Source: Candidatus Saccharimonadota bacterium (GTDB lineage: Bacteria; Pseudomonadota; Gammaproteobacteria; Enterobacterales; Enterobacteriaceae). From it: 32,000 bases of DNA. The stretch covers positions 330,001 through 362,000 of the forward strand of contig CP145877.1 in NCBI GenBank assembly GCA_045690015.1. The letters run 5' to 3'. The position numbers were made by a program, and so were the translations under genes. Below the pieces are notes generated by a model. It was not told the origin of the DNA. It made no database searches and was given only the letters and a program-made list of their open reading frames with translations. This document shows positions 9,514-18,912 of this stretch, piece by piece; the first letter of the stretch is position 1, and every line of letters starts with the position of its first letter.

Positions 9514-9687
9514 TTACTTAGTGATTATTTTACGACCCCGATAGTAACCATCAGATGTAAGATGATGACGTAAATGAATATTTCCGGTTTTCTTATCTGT
9601 AGATAATTGAATTGTTAAACTCATGTGATCATGGGAACGTCGCATCCCTCGTTTCGAACGAGACGACTTTTTTTTTTGTACAGCCAT
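9514..9687 (-). CDS. rpmF: 50S ribosomal protein L32 (57 aa). It is below the ORF-track size cutoff.
   Basis: My reverse-strand translation is [58 protein letters not shown]. coli L32 is [20 protein letters not shown]...[19 protein letters not shown]. It sits upstream of the fab cluster, as in E. coli. Confidence 0.95.
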   Translation of the reverse strand: MAVQKKKSSRSKRGMRRSHDHMSLTIQLSTDKKTGNIHLRHHLTSDGYYRGRKIITK

Positions 9688-9773
9688 AATATTATTTTAT
9701 TCTCATAAAAAGATTATCATTTAATACAAAATATCAGAAAAAGATATTTATTAAAAATAATATATAAAATTAA

Positions 9774-10745
9774 TTATTTTATCTCTGAACTACGTAGTTT
9801 GGATAAACACTTTTTTAGTTCTTGGTTCAATGGAGCTGTGATACAGATTTCTTTTTTTAAAATAGGATGAAAAAAAACCATTGATGATGCATGTAAGAAA
9901 AGACGATTTAAGCCAGTTTCAGCAATTTGTTGATTAAAATTATGATCTCCATAAATTTTATCAAACGCAATAGGATGTCCTGCATATTTGGCGTGAACAC
10001 GTATTTGATGTGTGCGGCCAGTTATAGGATTTACTTTAATTAGAGTAGTATTTTTTTTGAAAAAATATTCTACTATGCTAAAACAAGTGGTTGATATTTT
10101 ACCTGTTTTATTCACACATACTATATGTGCGCCACTATTAATAATATTTTTTTTTAGTGGAACATGTACCGTTTTTATCTGTGATGGCCATCTTCCACAT
10201 ACAAGAGCATAATAAGATTTTTTTACTAGATTACCACGAAACTGTTCATGTAATATACGTAATACAGATTTTTTCTTTGCAAAAAGTAATATTCCCGAAG
10301 TTTCACGATCTAAACGATGAACAAGTTCTAAAAAAGATAGATTGGGTAGCAAGATCCTAACAAGATCAATAATACTAAATTTTAATCCACTTCCTCCATG
10401 AACAGCTATTCCAGAAGGTTTATTAATAGCTAAAAGATAATTATCATTATATAAAATAGCATTAGCGATTAAATCGATTTTTCGTTGAGCAATTAAAAAA
10501 GTAAGATTTTTTTTATCGGGATAAATAAGTTTAGGAACTTGTACCTTATCTCCTATAACTAACTTATAAGCATGATCAACACGTCTTTCATTTACTCGTA
10601 TTTTACTCTTACGTAATAATTTATAAATTAAATTCTTTGGTATCCCTTTTAATTTTCCATGTAAAAAATTATCGAGACGTCTACCAATTTCATCCTCCGT
10701 AATCCAAAAAAAATTAAATTTTGTTGATGTTATGTTAGTTTTCAT
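9774..10745 (-). CDS. rluC: 23S rRNA pseudouridine synthase RluC
   Basis: It has an S4-like N-terminus (RLDNFL..KLKGIPK..IYKLLRK..IRVN), the catalytic HRLDRETSG, and TGRTHQIRVH. It is divergent from rne, as in E. coli. Confidence 0.94.
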   Translation of the reverse strand: MKTNITSTKFNFFWITEDEIGRRLDNFLHGKLKGIPKNLIYKLLRKSKIRVNERRVDHAYKLVIGDKVQVPKLIYPDKKNLTFLIAQRKIDLIANAILYNDNYLLAINKPSGIAVHGGSGLKFSIIDLVRILLPNLSFLELVHRLDRETSGILLFAKKKSVLRILHEQFRGNLVKKSYYALVCGRWPSQIKTVHVPLKKNIINSGAHIVCVNKTGKISTTCFSIVEYFFKKNTTLIKVNPITGRTHQIRVHAKYAGHPIAFDKIYGDHNFNQQIAETGLNRLFLHASSMVFFHPILKKEICITAPLNQELKKCLSKLRSSEIK

Positions 10746-10940
10746 AATTATGAATTATAAAAATAATAATAGTATAATATCATTTGGTTTGATCAGTCAT
10801 CTATTTGTTCAAATATTCGTTAATCAAATCATAAAAAATAATCGATTTTTTGTAATATTAAAGTTTTATGTGTGAATCAAAATAATTTTTACGCACATTT
10901 TTTAGATAGTAGTCTTTATTATTAACTATGAGTAAAAAAA

Positions 10941-12548
10941 ATGAAAAGAATGTTAATAAATGCAACTCAAAAAGAAGAATTACGTATTGCAATTGTTGAT
11001 GGTCAACGATTATGTGATCTAGATATTGAAAATGCAGGACATGAACAGAAAAAAGCTAATATTTATAAAGGAAAAATTATTCATATAGAACCTAGTTTAC
11101 AAGCCGCTTTTATTAACTATGGTATGGAAAAAAATGGTTTTTTGCCTTTACGAGAGGTTTCTAAAGAATATTTTCCTAAAAATTATTCTTTATTATCATC
11201 AGAGCAAAAAGCTTTAAATATAAAAGATATTCTTTGTGAGGGACAAGAGCTTATTGTCCAAGTTAATAAAGAAGAACGAGGTAATAAAGGAGCAGCATTA
11301 ACAACTTTGATCACTTTAGCAGGTAGTTTTTTAGTATTAATGCCTAATAATCCAAAAGCTGGAGGTATTTCTCGCCGAATCGAAGGAGAACAGCGAATTG
11401 AAATAAAAGAAAAAATTTCTTCTCTTGTACTACCTAAAAATATGGGTCTTATAGTACGAACAGCAGGTATTGGGAAATCGCTTGAAGAATTACAATCTGA
11501 TTTGAGTTTAAAATTAAAACATTGGCAAGAAATAAAAAAACTAGCCGCCATTAATCCCGCACCATTTTTAATTTATCAAGATAGCAACGTAATAATGCGT
11601 GCTTTTCGTGACTATTTACGTCAAGACATTGGTGAGATATTAATTGATAATGCTAAAATGGTTGAATTAGCAAAACACCAAATTGCTGCCTTAGGAAGAT
11701 GGGATTTTATTAAAAAAATTAAGTTGTATTCTGGCGAACTTCCACTTTTTAGTTATTATCAAATCGAATCACAGATTGAATCTGCTTTTCAGCGAGAAGT
11801 GAGTCTTCCTTCTGGTGGTTCTATTATAATTGATAGTACTGAAGCTTTAACAGCAATTGATATTAATTCCGCTAGATCTATCGGTTGTAACGATATTGAA
11901 GAAACAGCCTTCCATACTAATTTGGAAGCTGCAGATGAAATTGCACGCCAATTACGTTTACGTGATTTAGGAGGATTGATAGTAATTGATTTTATTGATA
12001 TGACGAATAGCTCTCATCAAACTGCAGTACAAAATCGTTTACGTGAATCCCTTAGTCAGGATCGTGCACGTATAAAAATAGGTAATATTTCTCGCTTGGG
12101 TTTATTAGAAATGTCGCGACAGAGATTAAGTCCTTCTCTTAGAGAATCTAGTCATCATATGTGTCCTAGATGTAGAGGAACAGGTACACTGCGCGATAAC
12201 GAATCGCTTTCCCTTTCTATTTTACGTATCATTGAAGAGGAAGCTATAAAAGAAAATACTAAAGAAGTGCATGCTATCGTACCGGTAGAAATTGCTTCTT
12301 ACCTTTTAAATGAAAAACGTGCTGCAGTTAATGCTATAGAACAATCTCAAATAAAAGTTCGTATTATCATTGTTCCTAATGAGCAAATGAAGACACCAAA
12401 CTATTCTATATCAAGAATTCGAATTGGTGAAAAAATAAAAACCTTAAGTTATTTATTACCTAAATTACATGAATTAGATACTCCAAGTATCACTTATAAG
12501 TATGTAAAAAATATAGATAAAGAAATTAGTTCTGAATTATTTCAATAA
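10941..12548 (+). CDS. rne: Ribonuclease E, catalytic N-terminal half only (535 aa)
   Basis: [41 protein letters not shown] matches the E. coli Rne N-terminus almost residue for residue. It also has [21 protein letters not shown], the Zn-link CPRCRGTGT and [10 protein letters not shown]. The rluC-rne divergent synteny argues for rne rather than rng. Confidence 0.9.
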   Translation: MKRMLINATQKEELRIAIVDGQRLCDLDIENAGHEQKKANIYKGKIIHIEPSLQAAFINYGMEKNGFLPLREVSKEYFPKNYSLLSSEQKALNIKDILCEGQELIVQVNKEERGNKGAALTTLITLAGSFLVLMPNNPKAGGISRRIEGEQRIEIKEKISSLVLPKNMGLIVRTAGIGKSLEELQSDLSLKLKHWQEIKKLAAINPAPFLIYQDSNVIMRAFRDYLRQDIGEILIDNAKMVELAKHQIAALGRWDFIKKIKLYSGELPLFSYYQIESQIESAFQREVSLPSGGSIIIDSTEALTAIDINSARSIGCNDIEETAFHTNLEAADEIARQLRLRDLGGLIVIDFIDMTNSSHQTAVQNRLRESLSQDRARIKIGNISRLGLLEMSRQRLSPSLRESSHHMCPRCRGTGTLRDNESLSLSILRIIEEEAIKENTKEVHAIVPVEIASYLLNEKRAAVNAIEQSQIKVRIIIVPNEQMKTPNYSISRIRIGEKIKTLSYLLPKLHELDTPSITYKYVKNIDKEISSELFQ

Positions 12549-12644
12549 ATAATTATAATAAAGCTTAATTTTTAGGTTGTTAAATAACAAATATAAGTAA
12601 TAATCAATGGTAACGGTGAAAAGATCATGATGAATTGTAGTTAA

Positions 12645-14171
12645 TTATTTATATAAAGATAAATCTTTTAATCGAAAACCAAGTAATAATAAGGTTATAA
12701 AATAAATTAAAGCACCTCCTAAAACTACGGCTGTCATACGTAAAAGACGCCAAAGTATTATCCCTTTTTGCCAGTTAGGCATAAGATTAATAATTACTAA
12801 TAATCCAATAGCCATTATTAGTACTGCCATAATTAATCGTATTAAAAACATTCCCCAACCAGGTTGGGGAATGTAATATTTCTTTTCTCTCAATTTCCAA
12901 TAAAGAAAAATGGAATTTAAACATGCTGAAATACTCACCGAAAGAGATAATCCTACTTGTTTTAAAGGACCTAAAAATAAAAAATTAATTAATTGACTTA
13001 TTAAAAGTGTCACGATAGCAATTTTAACCGGAGTTTTGATATCTTGATGAGAATAAAATGCTGTAGCTAATACCTTTACTAGCATTATGCCAATTAATCC
13101 AATTGCATAAGATCCCAGTATTTGTTGTGTCATAAAGGTATCAAAAGCAGTAAATTTCCTATATTGAAAAAGAACTATAATTAAGGGGTGTGCGAGTATT
13201 CCTAAGGCGACTGCACTAGGAACAGCTAAGATTAAACATATTCTCAAACCACGATCTAGAAGCATTGAGTATTCATTATGTTCATGATAAGTTTTAGTTA
13301 GGTATGGTAATAAAATAGTACCTAAGGTAACGCCTAATACTCCTGAGGGAAATTCCATTACCCGATCTGCATAATACATCCACGAAATAGATCCCGATAC
13401 AAAAAATGAAGCAAAAATGGTATTAATAATAAGCGATAATTGGCTAGCGGAAACTCCAATAACTGCAGGTACCATTTTTTTCCAAACGCGCCATACTCCT
13501 ATATCATATAAATTAATACGAGGAAGAACTAACATACCAATCTTTTTTAAAAATGGAAGTTGGTAAATTAATTGCAAGAGACCACCAATTAATACAGCCC
13601 AAGCTAAAGCTAATATAGGACGATTAAAATAAGGAGATACATATAGTGCTGATATAATCATAGTAATATTTAGTAAGGTAGGTGCAAACGCTGGAATCAA
13701 AAAAACATTCCACATATTGAGAATAGCACCTGCCATAGAAGCTAATGAGATTAAAAATATATAAGAAAAAGTGATCCTAAGGAGAGATGAAGTTAATGCA
13801 AACTTATCATACGAATGAGTAAAACCAGGAGCTGTAACTAAAATAATCCAGGGTGCAGCTAACACTCCACCTATAGTAATTATTACTAAAATTAGTATTA
13901 ACATTCCAGATATCCAAGATATCAGTAGTTGGGTTGGAGTTTTACCACGTTTATTTTTATACTCAGCTAATATAGGAACAAAAGCTTGTGAAAAAGCGCC
14001 TTCTGCAAATATTCTTCGTAATAAATTAGGAAATTTAAAAGCTACAAAAAAAGCATCAGTTTCCATTCCAACACCGAATACTGCAGCAATAATACTATCT
14101 CTAGCAAATCCTAAAATACGTGAAATACAAGTTATAGTACTAACAAATGCTACTGATTTTAATAAATTCAT
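12645..14171 (-). CDS. murJ: Lipid II flippase MurJ (MviN)
   Basis: [52 protein letters not shown] and [23 protein letters not shown] are collinear with E. coli MurJ. The protein is polytopic and hydrophobic (508 aa). Confidence 0.95.
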   Translation of the reverse strand: MNLLKSVAFVSTITCISRILGFARDSIIAAVFGVGMETDAFFVAFKFPNLLRRIFAEGAFSQAFVPILAEYKNKRGKTPTQLLISWISGMLILILVIITIGGVLAAPWIILVTAPGFTHSYDKFALTSSLLRITFSYIFLISLASMAGAILNMWNVFLIPAFAPTLLNITMIISALYVSPYFNRPILALAWAVLIGGLLQLIYQLPFLKKIGMLVLPRINLYDIGVWRVWKKMVPAVIGVSASQLSLIINTIFASFFVSGSISWMYYADRVMEFPSGVLGVTLGTILLPYLTKTYHEHNEYSMLLDRGLRICLILAVPSAVALGILAHPLIIVLFQYRKFTAFDTFMTQQILGSYAIGLIGIMLVKVLATAFYSHQDIKTPVKIAIVTLLISQLINFLFLGPLKQVGLSLSVSISACLNSIFLYWKLREKKYYIPQPGWGMFLIRLIMAVLIMAIGLLVIINLMPNWQKGIILWRLLRMTAVVLGGALIYFITLLLLGFRLKDLSLYK

Positions 14172-14312
14172 TTATGATCCATGTAGGTAGATAGATACAG
14201 TATATTACAGACAATTTGTAATAGTTTATTTTATTAAATTTCAAAAACTGAACTTAGACTTGGCATATAATATAGCAATACAATAGTTTTTTGGTAAATT
14301 TTAATCTTATAT

Positions 14313-15719
14313 TTATTGATTTTTATGTCTCCAAGTAGTTCCCTGTGGACTATCTTCAATGATTATTCCCATACCTCTTAATTGATCCCGTAACATATCA
14401 GCATTTTTCCAATCTTGTTTTTTACGAGCATCATTACGTTTCATAATTAATACTTTAATTATCTCTAGATTGAGATTATCAGGTTTGCTATTTTGTTGTA
14501 GAAAATTATCAGGATCTTGTTGTAATAAACCTAAAATGCCTGCTAGTTTTCGTAAAATTAGACTTAATTCGTTTACCAGATGTAACCGATTAGTTTTCTT
14601 ATAAAAATTTATTTGTCGTGCTAAATCAAATAAAACGGAAAATGCCTGTGGAGTATTAAAATCGTCATTCATGGCCGCTTGAAATTTTTTTTCAAATTCA
14701 TTAATCTCAACCATCGTCATCGTTTCTTGGTATTCAGGATAAGAGGATTTGATAGGACTTAATGCTTTATAAAGACGAGTTAAAGCAATCTGTGATTTTT
14801 TTATTTCTATATCATTATAAATTAATGGACTACGATAATGATTAGCAATCATAAAATAACGAAGTGTTTCGGAATTATGATTTTTAAGTGCTTTTCTAAT
14901 AGTTAAAAAATTATCTAAAGATTTAGACATTTTTTCATTTTCAATGAAAACTATCCCAGAATGTATCCAATAATTAACATATTTATTATGAATGCATGAT
15001 GATTGTGCAATTTCATTTTCATGATGAGGAAAAATTAGATCTATTCCTCCTCCATGAATATCAAAATGTTTTCCTAAAAATTTTTGAGTCATAGCAGAAC
15101 ATTCAATATGCCATCCCGGACGACCTCTTCCCCAAGGAGAATTCCAACCAATCTCATTTTCAGAAGATTTTTTCCATAAAATAAAATCCATTGGATTCTG
15201 CTTTATATGATTTAGATTGGTTTTTAACTTTAGTTTAGTGAGATTTTGACGCGATAGTTGTCCATAATATGGATAACTTTTAATATCAAAGTAAATCTCA
15301 CCATTATCTGAAATATAAGCATGTTTATGCAATAAAAGATTCTTAATAAGATTTATCATATCATCGATATGATGTGTTGCACGAGGTTCAATATCAGGAA
15401 ATAAAATATTCAAGGCAGAAAAATCTGCATGCATTTCCAGTATCATTCGTTCAGTTAGTTGACTTATAGACTCTTGATTATTAATAGCATGTTGAATAAT
15501 TTTATCATCAATATCAGTTATATTACGTATATATTTTACTTTATAACCACAATAACGTAAATAACGTACAATCACATCAAAAATAATGAAAGTACGAGCA
15601 TGACCCATATGACATAGATCATAAACAGTAACTCCACATACATATATACCTATTTCATTTAAATGAATGGGTTTAAAAGTCTCTTTTTTATGACTTAAAC
15701 TATTATAGATTTTTAGCAT
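14313..15719 (-). CDS. cysS: Cysteine--tRNA ligase
   Basis: It starts MLKIYNSL...FKPI and carries YVCG.TVYD.CH.GHARTF (HIGH region), GRPGWHIECSAM, FPHHENEIAQS, KMSKS and DDFNTP. Confidence 0.97.
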   Translation of the reverse strand: MLKIYNSLSHKKETFKPIHLNEIGIYVCGVTVYDLCHMGHARTFIIFDVIVRYLRYCGYKVKYIRNITDIDDKIIQHAINNQESISQLTERMILEMHADFSALNILFPDIEPRATHHIDDMINLIKNLLLHKHAYISDNGEIYFDIKSYPYYGQLSRQNLTKLKLKTNLNHIKQNPMDFILWKKSSENEIGWNSPWGRGRPGWHIECSAMTQKFLGKHFDIHGGGIDLIFPHHENEIAQSSCIHNKYVNYWIHSGIVFIENEKMSKSLDNFLTIRKALKNHNSETLRYFMIANHYRSPLIYNDIEIKKSQIALTRLYKALSPIKSSYPEYQETMTMVEINEFEKKFQAAMNDDFNTPQAFSVLFDLARQINFYKKTNRLHLVNELSLILRKLAGILGLLQQDPDNFLQQNSKPDNLNLEIIKVLIMKRNDARKKQDWKNADMLRDQLRGMGIIIEDSPQGTTWRHKNQ

Positions 15720-15863
15720 GATATTTTACTCTATCTTAGATAAGTACAAATTACTAAATAGAATAAATAATTGTAAGATCATTTAATAAATAACTATTAA
15801 AATCATGATGTTATTTTACTAAATAATATTAGAAGTAATTTAAATTTAATTAACTGAAATTAA

Positions 15864-16541
15864 TTAAATAAGTATTTTGGATAATACTGTATTAATGACT
15901 GAGGATTCATAATTACCATCTATTATAAAATATCGAATTAGTCCCTTTTCCATTTCGGTTTTATAAAAATCAATTAAAGGAATTGTTTTTCTATGATATT
16001 CTTTTAAACGTTTACGCACTAGAGTTTCATTATCGTCAAATCGATGATAAAGATCATCTCCAGTTATATCATCCTTACCCTCAATTTTTGGAGGAGAAAA
16101 TTTAGTATGATAAATTCTTCCGGAAGACAGATGTATTCGTCGTCCAACAATCCGTTCTACGATAATATCATCGGGCACATCTAATTCTAAAACGTAATTA
16201 ACTTTAATACCAGCTTCTTTCAGAGCTTGTGCTTGCACAAGGGTTCGTGGAAAACCATCTAATAAAAATCCATTTTCACAATCCTTGTGAGACAAACGTT
16301 TTTTTACTAAATTTATCACCATTTCATCATCAACTAATTTACCTCTCAACATAGATTTATAGATATCCGAACTCAAATGATTATCTGAATTTGCATAAGT
16401 ACGTAACATATCACCCGTAGAAATGTTTGGAATTTCATATTTTTTACTAATAAATTGAGCTTGAGTACCTTTACCACTTCCTGGAGCGCCAATTAATATG
16501 ATGCATCTTTTTTGGTGATTCTTTGAAATTTCATTAGTCAT
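15864..16541 (-). CDS. adk: Adenylate kinase (about an 11-aa N-terminal extension relative to E. coli Adk if the ATG at 16541 is used)
   Basis: It has the P-loop [42 protein letters not shown] and the adk-htpG adjacency. Confidence 0.95.
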   Translation of the reverse strand: MTNEISKNHQKRCIILIGAPGSGKGTQAQFISKKYEIPNISTGDMLRTYANSDNHLSSDIYKSMLRGKLVDDEMVINLVKKRLSHKDCENGFLLDGFPRTLVQAQALKEAGIKVNYVLELDVPDDIIVERIVGRRIHLSSGRIYHTKFSPPKIEGKDDITGDDLYHRFDDNETLVRKRLKEYHRKTIPLIDFYKTEMEKGLIRYFIIDGNYESSVINTVLSKILI

Positions 16542-16567
16542 AAATTACTTTTTTTTAAAAAAATCCT

Positions 16568-18418
16568 TTACTTTATTAGTAAATTATTAATTTTCCGAAT
16601 AAACTTATTTGGATCTTCTAAAGAACCGACTTCGGCGAGTAAAGCTTGATCGAATAATAATTCAATTAAATCAACAAATAATTTTTCATCAGTAGTTTCT
16701 GCAACTTTTTTTATTAATGGATGTTTTGGATTAAATTCTAGGATATATTTGATTTCCGGAACCTTTTGTCCTGCTGCTGCAAAAATTTTAGCCATCTGAG
16801 TACTCATATCATTAACTTCTGTAGTTAAAATAGCTGGAGTTTCAATAAGACGATTAGTAAATCGTACATCTTTTACTCGGGAACTCAAAACTTTTTTGGA
16901 TCGTTCTATAAACGATTTTGAATAAGTATTAGGATGGTTAGAATTATTCTCATTTAAAATCCTATTTAGAGATTCATCAATTTTGCTAACTGAATGGAAT
17001 TGTTTTCCTTGAAAAGAAGTTAAATAACTCATCATCCATTCATCTATACGATCATATAGTAATAATATTTCAATTTTTTTGTTGCGCAATACTTCTAAAT
17101 GAGGACTACTAGATGCAGCTGTATAACTATCTGCAGTAAGATAATAAATTTTTTCTTGATTCGGAATCATACGACCAATATATTCTATTAATGATACTGT
17201 TTGGATTGGTGTATTACTATTAGTTGATGCGAAACGTAGTAATGGTAAAATATTTTCAATATTCTCATTATCTTCTGCTGGACCTTCTTTTAATACTAAT
17301 CCAAATTGTTTCCAAAATTCTTGATATTTTTCAGTATCATTCATAAGTTTTTGTAACATTTGGAACACACGTTTAGTAAGTGCAGTACGTAAACTTTTAA
17401 CTGTACTATTATCTTGTATAATTTCGCGAGAAATGTTTAAAGAGACATTATTATAATCTATTAAACCGCGAACAAATCTCAAATAATTAGGTATCAATTG
17501 TTCCAAATTATCTGTTATAAAAATACGTTGTACATACAGTTTTAGACCAGATTTATAATCCCTACTCCATAAATTTAATGGAGCATGTGAAGGAATATAA
17601 AGTAAAGTAGTATATTCCTGTTTTCCCTCTACTCGATTATGACTCCATATCATAGGATCATGAAAATCATGAGTAATATGTTTATAAAATGCTTTATATT
17701 CATATTCGCTAATTTCTGATTTATTTTTTGTCCATAATGATTCTGCTTTATTTACTTGTTCCCAATTTTCTTTTTTATTAACAGATTTCATTTGGATTGG
17801 TAAAGCAATATAGTCAGAATATTTGCTAATAATCTCACGTAAGCGCCATGGATCTAGAAATTCATCTTCGTTATCACGAAGATGAAGTGTGATTTCAGTT
17901 CCCCGATTAATTTTTTTAATATCAGCGATAGTATAGTTTCCTTCTCCATTTGATTCCCATAATACTGCTTCCTCAATAGGAGCTCCTGCAGCACGGGTAC
18001 GTACTGTTACTTTATCAGCTATCATAAATGTTGAGTAAAATCCTACTCCAAATTGTCCAATCAACTGGGCAGTTTTAGAGGAGTTAGGTTCAAGAGATTC
18101 AATAAATGATTTAGTTCCAGATTTTGCAAGGGTCCCTAAATTTTCTATTACTTCGTCTCTGCGCATACCAATTGCATTATCATCTACTATTAATAGACGT
18201 TTTTCTTTGTTAATAAAAATTCGAACATGTATATCTTTATCATTTTCATACATATTTGGTTCAGATAATGCTTTAAAACGTAATTTATCAGCAGCATCTG
18301 AAGCATTAGAGATCAATTCTCTTAAAAAAATTTCTTTATTAGAATAAAGATAATGAATCATTAATTTTAAAAGTTCTTTTACTTCAGATTGAAAATCTCG
18401 TGTTTCTTGTGCTTTCAT
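16568..18418 (-). CDS. htpG: Chaperone HtpG (Hsp90 family)
   Basis: It carries [51 protein letters not shown] and [10 protein letters not shown], and is collinear with E. coli HtpG over 616 aa. Confidence 0.97.
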   Translation of the reverse strand: MKAQETRDFQSEVKELLKLMIHYLYSNKEIFLRELISNASDAADKLRFKALSEPNMYENDKDIHVRIFINKEKRLLIVDDNAIGMRRDEVIENLGTLAKSGTKSFIESLEPNSSKTAQLIGQFGVGFYSTFMIADKVTVRTRAAGAPIEEAVLWESNGEGNYTIADIKKINRGTEITLHLRDNEDEFLDPWRLREIISKYSDYIALPIQMKSVNKKENWEQVNKAESLWTKNKSEISEYEYKAFYKHITHDFHDPMIWSHNRVEGKQEYTTLLYIPSHAPLNLWSRDYKSGLKLYVQRIFITDNLEQLIPNYLRFVRGLIDYNNVSLNISREIIQDNSTVKSLRTALTKRVFQMLQKLMNDTEKYQEFWKQFGLVLKEGPAEDNENIENILPLLRFASTNSNTPIQTVSLIEYIGRMIPNQEKIYYLTADSYTAASSSPHLEVLRNKKIEILLLYDRIDEWMMSYLTSFQGKQFHSVSKIDESLNRILNENNSNHPNTYSKSFIERSKKVLSSRVKDVRFTNRLIETPAILTTEVNDMSTQMAKIFAAAGQKVPEIKYILEFNPKHPLIKKVAETTDEKLFVDLIELLFDQALLAEVGSLEDPNKFIRKINNLLIK

Positions 18419-18546
18419 AATTTAAATTACCTAGAAGATAATAATTAATAATATTAGATTTTTTATAATCTTATTATATTTAGCCAAAATTGTTTAATTC
18501 CATCGAATATAAAATTCAAGTGGATACAATTAAATGGTTAATTTTA

Positions 18547-18873
18547 TTAAAATGAAAAATTATAAGGTAAAGGTACGGTTAAATTAGACAAATCTGACAT
18601 TTTCTCTTTATGAACTTGACGAAGACGACGCACCGCATCATTAAAAGCTGCAGCTATCAGATCTTCGAAAATTTCAATATGATCATTTCTTAAACTCGGA
18701 TCAATTGTTACACGATTACAGTGATATTTTCCATCAATAATAATAGTAACTAGACCCGCACCGGATTCTCCTTTGAATTTTAATTCCGATATTTCTTTTT
18801 GAATTTTCTGCATTTTCTCTTGCATATGTTGGGCTTGATTTATTAAATTTTCCAATTCATTTTTTTTGAACAT
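18547..18873 (-). CDS. ybaB: Nucleoid-associated protein YbaB/EbfC
   Basis: QAQ.MQEKMQK.Q.EI......GESGAGLV...I.G...C.RV.IDPSL......E.LEDL..AAFNDA.RR is collinear with E. coli YbaB, and the gene lies downstream of dnaX. Confidence 0.93.
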   Translation of the reverse strand: MFKKNELENLINQAQHMQEKMQKIQKEISELKFKGESGAGLVTIIIDGKYHCNRVTIDPSLRNDHIEIFEDLIAAAFNDAVRRLRQVHKEKMSDLSNLTVPLPYNFSF

Positions 18874-18912
18874 AATCTTATTTATCTCTAAAAAGTAAAT
18901 AGGTTAAACGAT

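Noticed and set aside
10012-10360. Two overlapping + strand ORFs (66 and 67 aa) inside rluC.
   Set aside because: Both are antisense to the conserved rluC CDS and are shadow ORFs.
11183-11551. A 122-aa - strand ORF inside rne. It is long for an AT-rich genome.
   Set aside because: It lies antisense to the most conserved and least AT-rich part of rne, where stop codons on the opposite strand are depleted by codon structure. It has no start context and no recognisable motifs.
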